The position numbers and the translations under genes are program-made. Positions 18,014 through 25,425 of a stretch of 25,425 bases of DNA are shown here, in pieces (position 1 is the first letter of the stretch; every line of letters begins with the position of its first letter). Origin of the DNA: a virus (Duplodnaviria; Heunggongvirae; Uroviricota; Caudoviricetes); the IMG/VR virus record IMGVR_UViG_3300029715_000189. One strand, written 5' to 3'. The notes beneath the pieces are model-generated. The model did no database searches, was not told the DNA's origin, and saw only the letters and a program-made list of their open reading frames with translations.

Positions 18014-18143
18014 AATGAGTGGTGATGGGGTTAGTTACTTCGAATTTAGCTCAGATGGATAGAGCGATACTCTTTTAAAGTATAGGTCGATGGTTCAAAT
18101 CCATTATTTCATTGTTTACACTAACTTCGGCTTTTCCCTCATT
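18014..18143 (+). ncRNA. Y RNA-like RNA 3 containing a tRNA-Lys(UUU)-like cloverleaf
   Basis: Closing stems AATGAG/CTCATT and TGGGGTTAGT/ACTAACTTCG. Cloverleaf at 18042-18111: GAATT/ATTTC, D arm GCTC-AGATGGATA-GAGC, anticodon arm ATACT-CTTTTAA-AGTAT, T arm GATGG-TTCAAAT-CCATT. Confidence 0.8.
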
Positions 18144-18171
18144 GAGTATTCATTTTGATATATTTTTTTTC

Positions 18172-18203
18172 AAGCAGTGGTAGTAATATCACTGCTTTTT
18201 TTT
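18172..18203 (+). terminator. Intrinsic terminator between the RNA array and the Ro60 gene
   Basis: GCAGTGGTA-GTAA-TATCACTGC stem with a GNRA loop, followed by T8. Confidence 0.8.
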
Positions 18204-18229
18204 GTATAACACTTTAAAGAAAACAACAA

Positions 18230-19864
18230 ATGGGAAAGTTTAACAAAAAGGATGAAGGTATTAAACCTACGATCGTGAATCAAATGGGCGAGAAGGCATA
18301 TAAGCCTAATGCAGAAGAAGAGTTGGTGTCTACGGTAATGACTACCATGTTGTCTGATTCTTATTATGAGAAAGAAAAAGACAAAGTAGAAAGAATTAAG
18401 AATCTTATGGACCAAGTGGATCCGTATTTTGCAGCACAGACGGCATTGTATGTCCGGAAGGAAGGGAAGCTGCGGTCTGTTACGCATCTTATGGCTTCTG
18501 TCCTTGCCAGCAAAGCATCGGGTAAGGAATGGACTTCAAGGTTCTATAATAAGATCGTTATGCGTCCTGATGATATGAGCGAAATCCTTGGCTGTTATGC
18601 GGCTCTTAACGACAAAAATCCAAAGAAATTAAGAGGTATATCCAGCGCTATTAAGAAAGGATTTAAGACGGCTTTAGAAGGTCTTGATCCGTATCGGATT
18701 GATAAGTATAAGATGGATAGTAGGGTTATTACTATGGTTGACCTCGTAAACTTATTTCACCCTAAAGGCAATCAGGCTAACAAAACAGCTTTCCAGTATC
18801 TTATAGAAGGTCGGTCTTTGTCTGGATTATACGAAAGCAAGATTCTTGAAAAAGAAATGTCTAAAGCCGGACAGGACAAGAAAGACAATAAGGAAAAGAA
18901 AGAAGCTTTAGGTGACGTTATTCGGGACGTGGTTTCTAATGTAAAAGGTATGCCTATTTTTAATATGGTTCGTAACCTTGTAAACATAATCAAATACGCG
19001 CCTGATCAAATAGATGAAGTTTGTAGGCAGCTTACAATAGAAGAGAAGGTGCTTAATTCGAAGATGCTTCCTTTCCGTTTTGCTTCAGCTTTCAAAGAGG
19101 TTGAAAATATGGGCACTGATGGTTCCGATAATGATATTGTATTTGAGTCGGATAAAAAACGTGCTAAATTAACAGCGCGTAACAAAGATAAGATTTTAGA
19201 TGCGTTGGAGAAAGCCATAACCATCTCCTGCAAGAACCTGCCGGTATTGGAGGGGCGGTCGGCTATCCTGATTGACCACTCTGGCTCTGTACGTGGAGAT
19301 ATGGGAGGATCTTCTGAGGTGTCTGCCTTTAGCAAAACAAGTACGGCTGTCATTGGTAACTTATTTGGCTGTATGATTGCTTCTGTGCTTCCTGACGTAT
19401 TTATTGGTATGTTTGGTGACAAACTTATCAATTACGAATATAATAGAAGTAAAGGTGTTTTATGGAACAACAAAAAATCTTTTACTGCCGGAGGAGACTG
19501 CGGTGGTGCTACCGAAAACGGTCTTTTTGCATTCTTGGATAAGTGCGCTAAAGATAAGATCAAAGTAGATAACTTGTACGTTATTTCAGATATGCAGATA
19601 GGAGACGGTGAATCTGTTGTATGGGAGAAAAGTTCCAGTTATGGATATGGTAAATTCGCTGAACTTTTGAAAGGGTTTAAAAAAGTGAATCCAAATTGCA
19701 AAATCGTTTCTATTTCTATTCAAGGATATGGAAGTGAGATGTTTTACAGAGGATCTGATATCTTGAACATAGCTGGCTGGTCAGAATCTATCTTCGATGT
19801 TATTAACAGCAAGTTCTGCGGATATAAGAATATGATTGATGAAATTAAGAAGATTAAGATTTAA
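18230..19864 (+). CDS. rsr: Ro60/Rsr-like TROVE domain RNA-binding protein with a C-terminal vWA domain
   Basis: N-terminal NQMGEKAY..EELVSTVMTTMLSDSYYE, ALYVRKEGKLRSV, MVRNLVNI and SKMLPFRFASA (TROVE). vWA MIDAS-like motifs LIDHSGSV, GGAT and VISDMQ, plus a C-terminal IAGWSE. Confidence 0.92.
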   Translation: MGKFNKKDEGIKPTIVNQMGEKAYKPNAEEELVSTVMTTMLSDSYYEKEKDKVERIKNLMDQVDPYFAAQTALYVRKEGKLRSVTHLMASVLASKASGKEWTSRFYNKIVMRPDDMSEILGCYAALNDKNPKKLRGISSAIKKGFKTALEGLDPYRIDKYKMDSRVITMVDLVNLFHPKGNQANKTAFQYLIEGRSLSGLYESKILEKEMSKAGQDKKDNKEKKEALGDVIRDVVSNVKGMPIFNMVRNLVNIIKYAPDQIDEVCRQLTIEEKVLNSKMLPFRFASAFKEVENMGTDGSDNDIVFESDKKRAKLTARNKDKILDALEKAITISCKNLPVLEGRSAILIDHSGSVRGDMGGSSEVSAFSKTSTAVIGNLFGCMIASVLPDVFIGMFGDKLINYEYNRSKGVLWNNKKSFTAGGDCGGATENGLFAFLDKCAKDKIKVDNLYVISDMQIGDGESVVWEKSSSYGYGKFAELLKGFKKVNPNCKIVSISIQGYGSEMFYRGSDILNIAGWSESIFDVINSKFCGYKNMIDEIKKIKI

Positions 19865-19909
19865 ATCTTACATTCGTACTGTTTTCATAAGAAGAGATTT
19901 ATCATAACA

Positions 19910-19947
19910 AGCCGGAGAATGAATGGTGGCATTCTTCGGCTATTTTG
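19910..19947 (+). terminator. Probable terminator after Ro60
   Basis: AGCCGGAGAATG / CATTCTTCGGCT stem followed by ATTTTG. Confidence 0.6.
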
Positions 19948-19971
19948 TTTACATTTGTTGAAAAAAAAAGA

Positions 19972-20391
19972 ATGAAAGAAAAAGAATTTGATTTTGTGAT
20001 ATATCCACTAAAGTTGATTATCACCATAGGGTTAGATTACAAAACATTGTGTGATCGTTTTGAGAATGCAGAATTGGATCATGAAGGAGAATGGGGAGAT
20101 GAAGGCGATTTAGATTCAGAAGTCTCTTTTATGAATCTTGTTCGTGATAAGGGAGATGATAGAGCTTTTAAGTTATTATGGAATTTTCAAAGTGAGAATG
20201 ATATGACTATGCGAAACATATGTCATGAATCATTTCATGCAGCTATGTCGGTATGCCAACATTGTAATATGTCTCTTGGCTTTAAGGTGGGAGAAGATGA
20301 ACACGCAGCTTACATAGCCGGATTTGTTGGTAATTGCGCAGGTGAAATGTTTGGATTCTTAGAGGAAGAAAAAGATGGCAAAGAAAATTAA
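19972..20391 (+). CDS. Small acidic protein with an HExxH motif (putative metallopeptidase)
   Basis: ICHESFHAAM..DEHAAY. ATG 19972 is preferred over TTG 19945 because a TACATTTG -7 element sits at 19950-19957. Confidence 0.65.
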   Translation: MKEKEFDFVIYPLKLIITIGLDYKTLCDRFENAELDHEGEWGDEGDLDSEVSFMNLVRDKGDDRAFKLLWNFQSENDMTMRNICHESFHAAMSVCQHCNMSLGFKVGEDEHAAYIAGFVGNCAGEMFGFLEEEKDGKEN

Positions 20392-23300
20392 AAATTATGT
20401 AAAGGACAAACAACCAAAAACATTATGGAATAAAATTGGTCCGTTTGTAAAACTTAGAGAATATCTGGCATCTAATATAACACCTGATGTGTATGCTAAT
20501 GAAAGAGGATTAAAAACCAAAATAATGGAATTTTTTGGTCAAGATGTTCCGAAAGCCAATGTAGATGATTTTAGTCAGAATCTTTGGTTTAGATTCTTAA
20601 ACCAACCAAATAATCTGAAAGAAGAAAATGGGATTGTCAGAATACCAGACAATATCAAATCCATTATATCTGACAGGATAAATGGTGGGTGGGAGAAAAT
20701 GGCTAAAAAATATGGAAGGGAGCTTGATTCTTTAGATAATAAGATAATTGATGGAAAAGTTGCAGGCAAGGACGTATCTGATTTGGAGGAGTTAAGGGAT
20801 GTAACAAGTAGGAAACTTGGAATGGTGGAAGAGGGGATAGATCTCTTAAAAAAAGCCAGAACCGGAGAACATCAGGTATTTAACGAATATAATTTTATAC
20901 CGGATGCTTACGGAGATTTAAATGATTTATCAGGCTTATCAAGTTTTACCATGTACCGTGATGATAGAGGTAGGATGGTTGTGAAAGATAAGTACGATTT
21001 TTATAGAAGCGATCAACCTTTTGGTGTTGGGGTTGTTACTAAGACTCTTGATACAATAGGATATCCTTTTGAAATAAGGGATTATGTAGAAGATAAAATC
21101 CCATACGAAGAGAATGATCCAAACAAGATCCTGTTTAGATCCATTATTGATTCAAAGAATGATTTGGATAAAAGGATGGAGATAAGATCCAAAAAACAAG
21201 GAGGGGATTCTTCTAAGCCAGAAATAGATTGGGATTTATTCAAATCCAAATATGAAAATATGAAGCGTGTGGGTAAGGGTAAGCATCGTACTATGGACGT
21301 AGAAGGGATGAATATGATCTATGATGCTTTATATGATAAAGGTTTTAATCAACGCCAGATAGAAGCCGTACTTGGAAATATTATTGAAGAATCTGGTGGA
21401 AACCCCTACGCTGTATCTGAGGATGGAGAATTTAGGGGACTTTTTCAAGAATATTACAAAAGATATCCGCTAAAAGAGTTTGAAAGAGATAAAGAGAGAT
21501 TTAAGAGCGATAAGCGTGGATATATCAACTATATGATAGACAGATTTTATGATCATGTTCAAGATGCTGGGATGTATAGTATAAAGGATACTAAATATGA
21601 TAAAGCCATTCATGCAGTAAACGAATTTATGTCAGAAGATCCAGATACAGATTATTCGTATCCACTTGTATATGCTTTTGAAGCTCCATCAGATAAAGAA
21701 GGAACTTATAAAAACAGAAAGAGCGTATCAAACTTGATAAGCCAATCTTATGTTACGGATAATGTTAATAATTCAGATGATGCTGATAAAAAGAATAATA
21801 GTATTATTGATGCTATTCTTGACATAAAAAACGATCTTGAATTACAAGACCCGATTTCCACTACAAGAGGCGAAGCCTTTAAAGAAGCCAGGAAAAGAGG
21901 TCTTAAGGAATTTACATGGAATGGAAAGAGATACAATACCAATATAAAAAAAGAAGGAGGAGCCGTAGATGAAGAAAACGGATCTAAATATAGGTACATT
22001 GCATCTAAGGATAATACATCAGTAGGGTCAAGCGGAATAAATGAAAATGCCAATTATGGTACGATCCCTGTTGATGGTGTGAATATAAACGAAATTGTAG
22101 CTGGAGGCGTTCCTGTAGTAGGTGATATAATGGACGTCAAGGATGCGTATGATTCTTTCATAGATAGAGATGCGCTTGGAATGGTTATGGCCGCTATGGG
22201 TCTTATTCCTTTTGTAGGAGGTATATCGAAAAAAGCAATGCAAGCGAAAAGAGCTACTAAAAAACTATCTCAAAGAGATAAAGAACTTTTAGGATCGTTG
22301 CCTGAATATGCTAAACCAGCATCTCCTATAGGCGAGGCATGGGAAAATCATAAAAAGCGACTTTTCTCTGGAGCCTATGAAAGACTTACTGGGGAGAAGT
22401 TAAGGATGAAAAATGGGGAGCCAGATCCGGATATGCTTGATACCAACATATATGATTGGGATGATCCGAAAGTTTTCAGGGATGCAAAGTATTTTTTAGG
22501 AGATGAATACTCTGATGATGAGATAAGGGAGATAATAGATGAAATATCTGGATATGGGGTATTAAATGGAAATATAATCAGGTCTAAAAACGTTGATAAG
22601 TTCATTGATTTATTTCTCGAAGGAAACCCCAATATATCTAACAAGGATGTAGAGAATTTTGTGAAAAGTCATGAAGTGGAACACAAAATTCATTATCCAG
22701 ATTCAGGCGCAGATAAAAACGGATTTGATTTGAATAAGATAGATGATGATGAAGTAAAAGATTATTTCAAAGAGGATCATTTTGCGGAAATGGCGGCCAG
22801 AGGAACTCAGATTAAAAATTATTTTGGTTTGACCGATGATGCTCAAGAAGTGACGCCTGAAATGTTAGAATATGCAGCCAGAAATTACTTGAAGGATTAT
22901 GGGTATGATAATGAGATGAAAGAATATTTTGAATCCATATCAGACTATAAAAAGGCTGCCAAATGGATAACAGATCACGCCTCGGTGGGATTAGGGGCCT
23001 ACTATGTAGGGGATAGGATTGCTGATCCTAAAAAAGAAAAGAAAAGAAACGGAGGGAAGCTTACTCCATACAAGGCTGGTTTTCGTTTTATTGATCATAA
23101 AAAAGAATACGGAGATCCGAAAGATGCATCACACAGATTTCCTGGTAGGAAATTCATGTATTTCTACGAAAACGATAAACCAAGTAAAAGCATTGTGTTT
23201 GCTGAAGAAGGTGGCGTAATTGGCAAGCAACGTGAAGCATATGATTACTTTACTAATAAGAGAGGCATGTCTAAGATACAGGCGCTCGCCATCATAGGTA

Positions 23301-24049
23301 ACCTCATGGCTGAATCCGGTCTTAAAGATGACATATACGGAGACAACAGAACGTCATACGGCATACAACAATGGCATAATGAGCGCATGGATAAGTTGTT
23401 CAAGCACGCCAAAAAGAAAGGTCATTCTACACCCACATTCAAAGACCAACTTGAGTTCTTAGCTGACGAATACGAAGGGAAAACCGGATATTCTAATTTC
23501 TTATACACAAGAAAAGGAAAAAAAGGACCAGGGTATTACAACTACAGCCGGCGGGATTTTATGAACGCCGATAACCTTAAGGATGCTGTAGTAGCTTGGA
23601 ACCAAGGGGCAGGACGCCCTCATAAAAGTGTGATACGAAACGATGACCGTTATAACTATGCTATGGAAGTTGCTAAAAATCTTGGTTTGGATATTGAAGA
23701 AAATTCCGTATCTTCGTATGGTCAAATGGGATTCGGAGATGATGGAGAAATAGCAGCATCGGTAACACTTCCAGAGGTAGAAGTGGCAGCCGCCCTCCCT
23801 AACCCGGAAGCCCCGTCCCAGGAAAGACAGTCCGAGGAAGAGAGATTCCGTACATGGACTGAAACGTATGGTAAGGACATCGTAAATCATTTACTGACGT
23901 TAGACGGGAAAAAGGATGGTGATGACAGTGATTACAGCATGATGTATAGACAGCATGAAAAAGAAAGCGAAGAGGATAAGAAAATGGCTTTGATTAATGC
24001 CGTGCTTCCCAATATACAGCTTCGCATTAAAGGCGTCACCGAAAATTAG
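20375..24049 (+). CDS. 1224-aa multidomain putative virion cargo/ejection protein: two phage-tail-lysozyme-like domains, a PT-TG-like hairpin and an HExxH domain
   Basis: AVLGNIIEESGGNP..GLFQ and AIIGNLMAESGL..SYGIQQW (Phage_lysozyme2-like); VPVVGDIMD..GLIPFVG; HEVEH..EMAAR; AFKEARKRGLKEFTWNGKRYNT. Confidence 0.75.
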   Translation: MAKKIKNYVKDKQPKTLWNKIGPFVKLREYLASNITPDVYANERGLKTKIMEFFGQDVPKANVDDFSQNLWFRFLNQPNNLKEENGIVRIPDNIKSIISDRINGGWEKMAKKYGRELDSLDNKIIDGKVAGKDVSDLEELRDVTSRKLGMVEEGIDLLKKARTGEHQVFNEYNFIPDAYGDLNDLSGLSSFTMYRDDRGRMVVKDKYDFYRSDQPFGVGVVTKTLDTIGYPFEIRDYVEDKIPYEENDPNKILFRSIIDSKNDLDKRMEIRSKKQGGDSSKPEIDWDLFKSKYENMKRVGKGKHRTMDVEGMNMIYDALYDKGFNQRQIEAVLGNIIEESGGNPYAVSEDGEFRGLFQEYYKRYPLKEFERDKERFKSDKRGYINYMIDRFYDHVQDAGMYSIKDTKYDKAIHAVNEFMSEDPDTDYSYPLVYAFEAPSDKEGTYKNRKSVSNLISQSYVTDNVNNSDDADKKNNSIIDAILDIKNDLELQDPISTTRGEAFKEARKRGLKEFTWNGKRYNTNIKKEGGAVDEENGSKYRYIASKDNTSVGSSGINENANYGTIPVDGVNINEIVAGGVPVVGDIMDVKDAYDSFIDRDALGMVMAAMGLIPFVGGISKKAMQAKRATKKLSQRDKELLGSLPEYAKPASPIGEAWENHKKRLFSGAYERLTGEKLRMKNGEPDPDMLDTNIYDWDDPKVFRDAKYFLGDEYSDDEIREIIDEISGYGVLNGNIIRSKNVDKFIDLFLEGNPNISNKDVENFVKSHEVEHKIHYPDSGADKNGFDLNKIDDDEVKDYFKEDHFAEMAARGTQIKNYFGLTDDAQEVTPEMLEYAARNYLKDYGYDNEMKEYFESISDYKKAAKWITDHASVGLGAYYVGDRIADPKKEKKRNGGKLTPYKAGFRFIDHKKEYGDPKDASHRFPGRKFMYFYENDKPSKSIVFAEEGGVIGKQREAYDYFTNKRGMSKIQALAIIGNLMAESGLKDDIYGDNRTSYGIQQWHNERMDKLFKHAKKKGHSTPTFKDQLEFLADEYEGKTGYSNFLYTRKGKKGPGYYNYSRRDFMNADNLKDAVVAWNQGAGRPHKSVIRNDDRYNYAMEVAKNLGLDIEENSVSSYGQMGFGDDGEIAASVTLPEVEVAAALPNPEAPSQERQSEEERFRTWTETYGKDIVNHLLTLDGKKDGDDSDYSMMYRQHEKESEEDKKMALINAVLPNIQLRIKGVTEN

Positions 24050-24083
24050 AACAAGACTGTATTTCTTTTACATTAATAAATTC

Positions 24084-24154
24084 AAGCCGGATTTGAGACT
24101 CGTTACACGGATACCGAAGGTTGAAGAACGATATCAAGATAATCCGGCTTTTTT
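24084..24154 (+). terminator. Long imperfect hairpin with a U-tail after the 1224-aa gene
   Basis: AAGCCGGATT(24084-24093)/AATCCGGCTT(24141-24150), inner TCGTT/AACGA and ACC-GAA-GGT, followed by TTTT. Confidence 0.5.
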
Positions 24155-24309
24155 GTGCGATTTCGTGAAGGATGGAACTATCATCGTCTTGATTGGACGG
24201 AACAGACCTACGCGCTTTCACTATCCTGACGGGCATGGACGCTCGTCTCGCCTACTCCCTGCCTAATTTTCCACTGGCTACCTAATATAATTATTAACGT
24301 CACTCCATC

Positions 24310-24483
24310 ACCTATCTCCCTTCAGTCGATAGGTTCAGTCGTTTTTTTTAAATGTTATACGTTCTTTCGCATCGTTCCCTTCGGTCACGATACTCAATCT
24401 TTTAACACAATTAGGCAAACAATACAATGACGGAAAAAGTAATTTGTCAATCTGTTCACTCACCTAACTCCCTTCGGTCGTTA
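24310..24483. repeat. Three hairpins sharing the loop TCCCTTC(A/G)GTC
   Basis: ACCTATC-[loop]-GATAGGT at 24310-24334; ATCGT-[loop]-ACGAT at 24371-24391; TAAC-[loop]-GTTA at 24465-24483. Confidence 0.8.
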
Positions 24484-24708
24484 AGTTCATTCACTATGAA
24501 CAATTATATGAATAAATGATAAAGTATATAAAATAATATAAATAATATAATGGATAAGATCATTGAAAATGGTCTTAATATTAAGGAAAACGGAGACTAT
24601 TCATAGGCGTAGTTTTAATTCAAGATTTGTTGTCCCACCCCTGACGGTCAGGCGGTTACGTTCAGGGTCGTTTTTCCGTCTCTTATCCAAACCGTCATAA
24701 AACAAAAA

Positions 24709-24789
24709 CCTTGTATCCTATTTCTCTCAAACCGGATACAAGGCCGTGCATTTTCTTCTTTGAGCGTATGATGAAAAACCATATCTTTG
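24709..24789 (+). promoter_or_regulatory. 10-bp inverted repeat followed by a Bacteroidetes-type promoter
   Basis: CCTTGTATCC(24709-24718)/GGATACAAGG(24734-24743); TTTG at 24759-24762, a 19-nt spacer, then TATCTTTG at 24782-24789. Confidence 0.6.
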
Positions 24790-24807
24790 CACTAAAACAA
24801 CATTAAT

Positions 24808-25425
24808 ATGGACACAAAGTTAAAAGAAATAATAGATCCTCACAAGTTACACGACCTGCTCTTTAAGAAAGAGCAGGTCTCTCCGATAGAAGTTATATAC
24901 AATAGCTTCAGCAACTTAGGGTATAATGTAGTACGCCGTCCAGCCGGTCAGTGTTTAGGCAATTTGAGATATTTTAATCTATTTTATGACAAACATACTC
25001 ATCATTTTTATCAGAAAGACAGGAAGTGTAAGGTTCTATATCCGGTCTCAGATAGATATGCTCCGTAAGGAAGGATATGCCGCATATCGGGCTAAGTTTA
25101 AGGAAGAACGTCCTCAGTATTTCATCGGAGACGATAGGACGGTGTTTAGATGCCTTGACAGCTCTTTGAAAAGAGAAGAGAAGATTGCTGCATGCGTAGC
25201 CCATAAAAGGGCTTTAAAAGAAGGGATAGTGACTTCTTTCATTAATCACCTTAAGAAACATCCTACCACTTTATATTCGTGGTTTTCGTCAGAGGTGGAC
25301 AGTCAAGGAAAAAATAGGATATGTCTATCCGACGAGGCTGTTTCGTATTTAAATAAGAGATTGGCTTGCAATGGATTAAAGGCTCTTTCGGCATCATATC
25401 TTTTTAGAACGTTTAGAAAAATGGT
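24808..25425 (+). CDS. Hypothetical protein, apparently frameshifted or internally deleted near 25030, running off the window
   Basis: ORF 24808..25068 stops early, while the +1 frame (..RFYIRSQIDMLRKEGYAAYRAKFKEERPQYF..) is open from before 24986 to the window end. Confidence 0.5.

Noticed and set aside
17898..18111. Two ordinary phage tRNA genes (Cys, Lys)
   Set aside because: The acceptor stems are only 5-6 bp, there is no CCA, and each cloverleaf is enclosed by the same conserved outer stem as the permuted RNA 1. They are better explained as domains of larger Y-like RNAs, though processing to tRNA is not excluded.
17721..18143. CRISPR array or simple tandem repeat
   Set aside because: Only short motifs are shared, the units are structured RNAs rather than identical repeats with spacers, and no cas genes are present.
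16877..20391. RtcB/RtcR RNA-repair operon accompanying Ro60
   Set aside because: No RtcB-, RtcA- or RtcR-like ORF is visible in this window. One could lie elsewhere in the genome.
586..23890. Minus-strand and nested ORFs from the track (e.g. 586..1047, 1359..2009, 18170..18487, 19006..19431, 23501..23890)
   Set aside because: They are shadows of longer + strand genes, with atypical composition and no recognisable motifs.
23997..24266. ORFs 23997..24266 (+) and 24036..24236 (-)
   Set aside because: They cover a hairpin-rich intergenic region and have no protein-like features, so they are treated as non-coding.
24310..24483. Mini-CRISPR or iteron array
   Set aside because: The repeat is only 11 nt, irregularly spaced and always inside a hairpin.
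1..25425. Stop-codon reassignment as seen in some crAss-like phages
   Set aside because: Very long ORFs are open in the standard code, and TAG (3955, 4505, 8575, 24049) and TGA (3254, 5584, 6564) end genes at sensible boundaries.

Overview
Co-oriented (+ strand), AT-rich segment of a Bacteroidetes-infecting tailed phage or prophage. It has a crAss-like tail module: DUF5977/BACON adhesin-type protein, ring/IHF-like/tail-tubular-like genes, and a 2287-aa tail-stabilisation (muzzle)-like protein. It also carries two KilA-N genes and a 1224-aa multidomain protein with two lysozyme-like domains. The host assignment rests on several TAnnTTTG/TTTG Bacteroidetes-type promoters. The standout feature is a self-contained cassette at ~17660-19945: promoter, three tandem ~125-140 nt Y-RNA-like ncRNAs, a terminator, then a Ro60/TROVE gene. 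All three RNAs share one closing scaffold. The first carries a circularly permuted (YrlA-type) tRNA domain. The other two carry non-permuted cloverleaves with intact anticodon loops (Cys-GCA, Lys-UUU) but shortened acceptor stems and no CCA. Other signals: an xxxGG motif punctuating the 1224-aa protein and an unannotated 40-aa basic peptide; three hairpins with variable stems and a near-identical loop in the 24.3-24.5 kb intergenic region; short GC-rich patches inside AT-rich genes; and homopolymer frameshifts in two genes. All family assignments come from motif recognition by eye, not from database searches.
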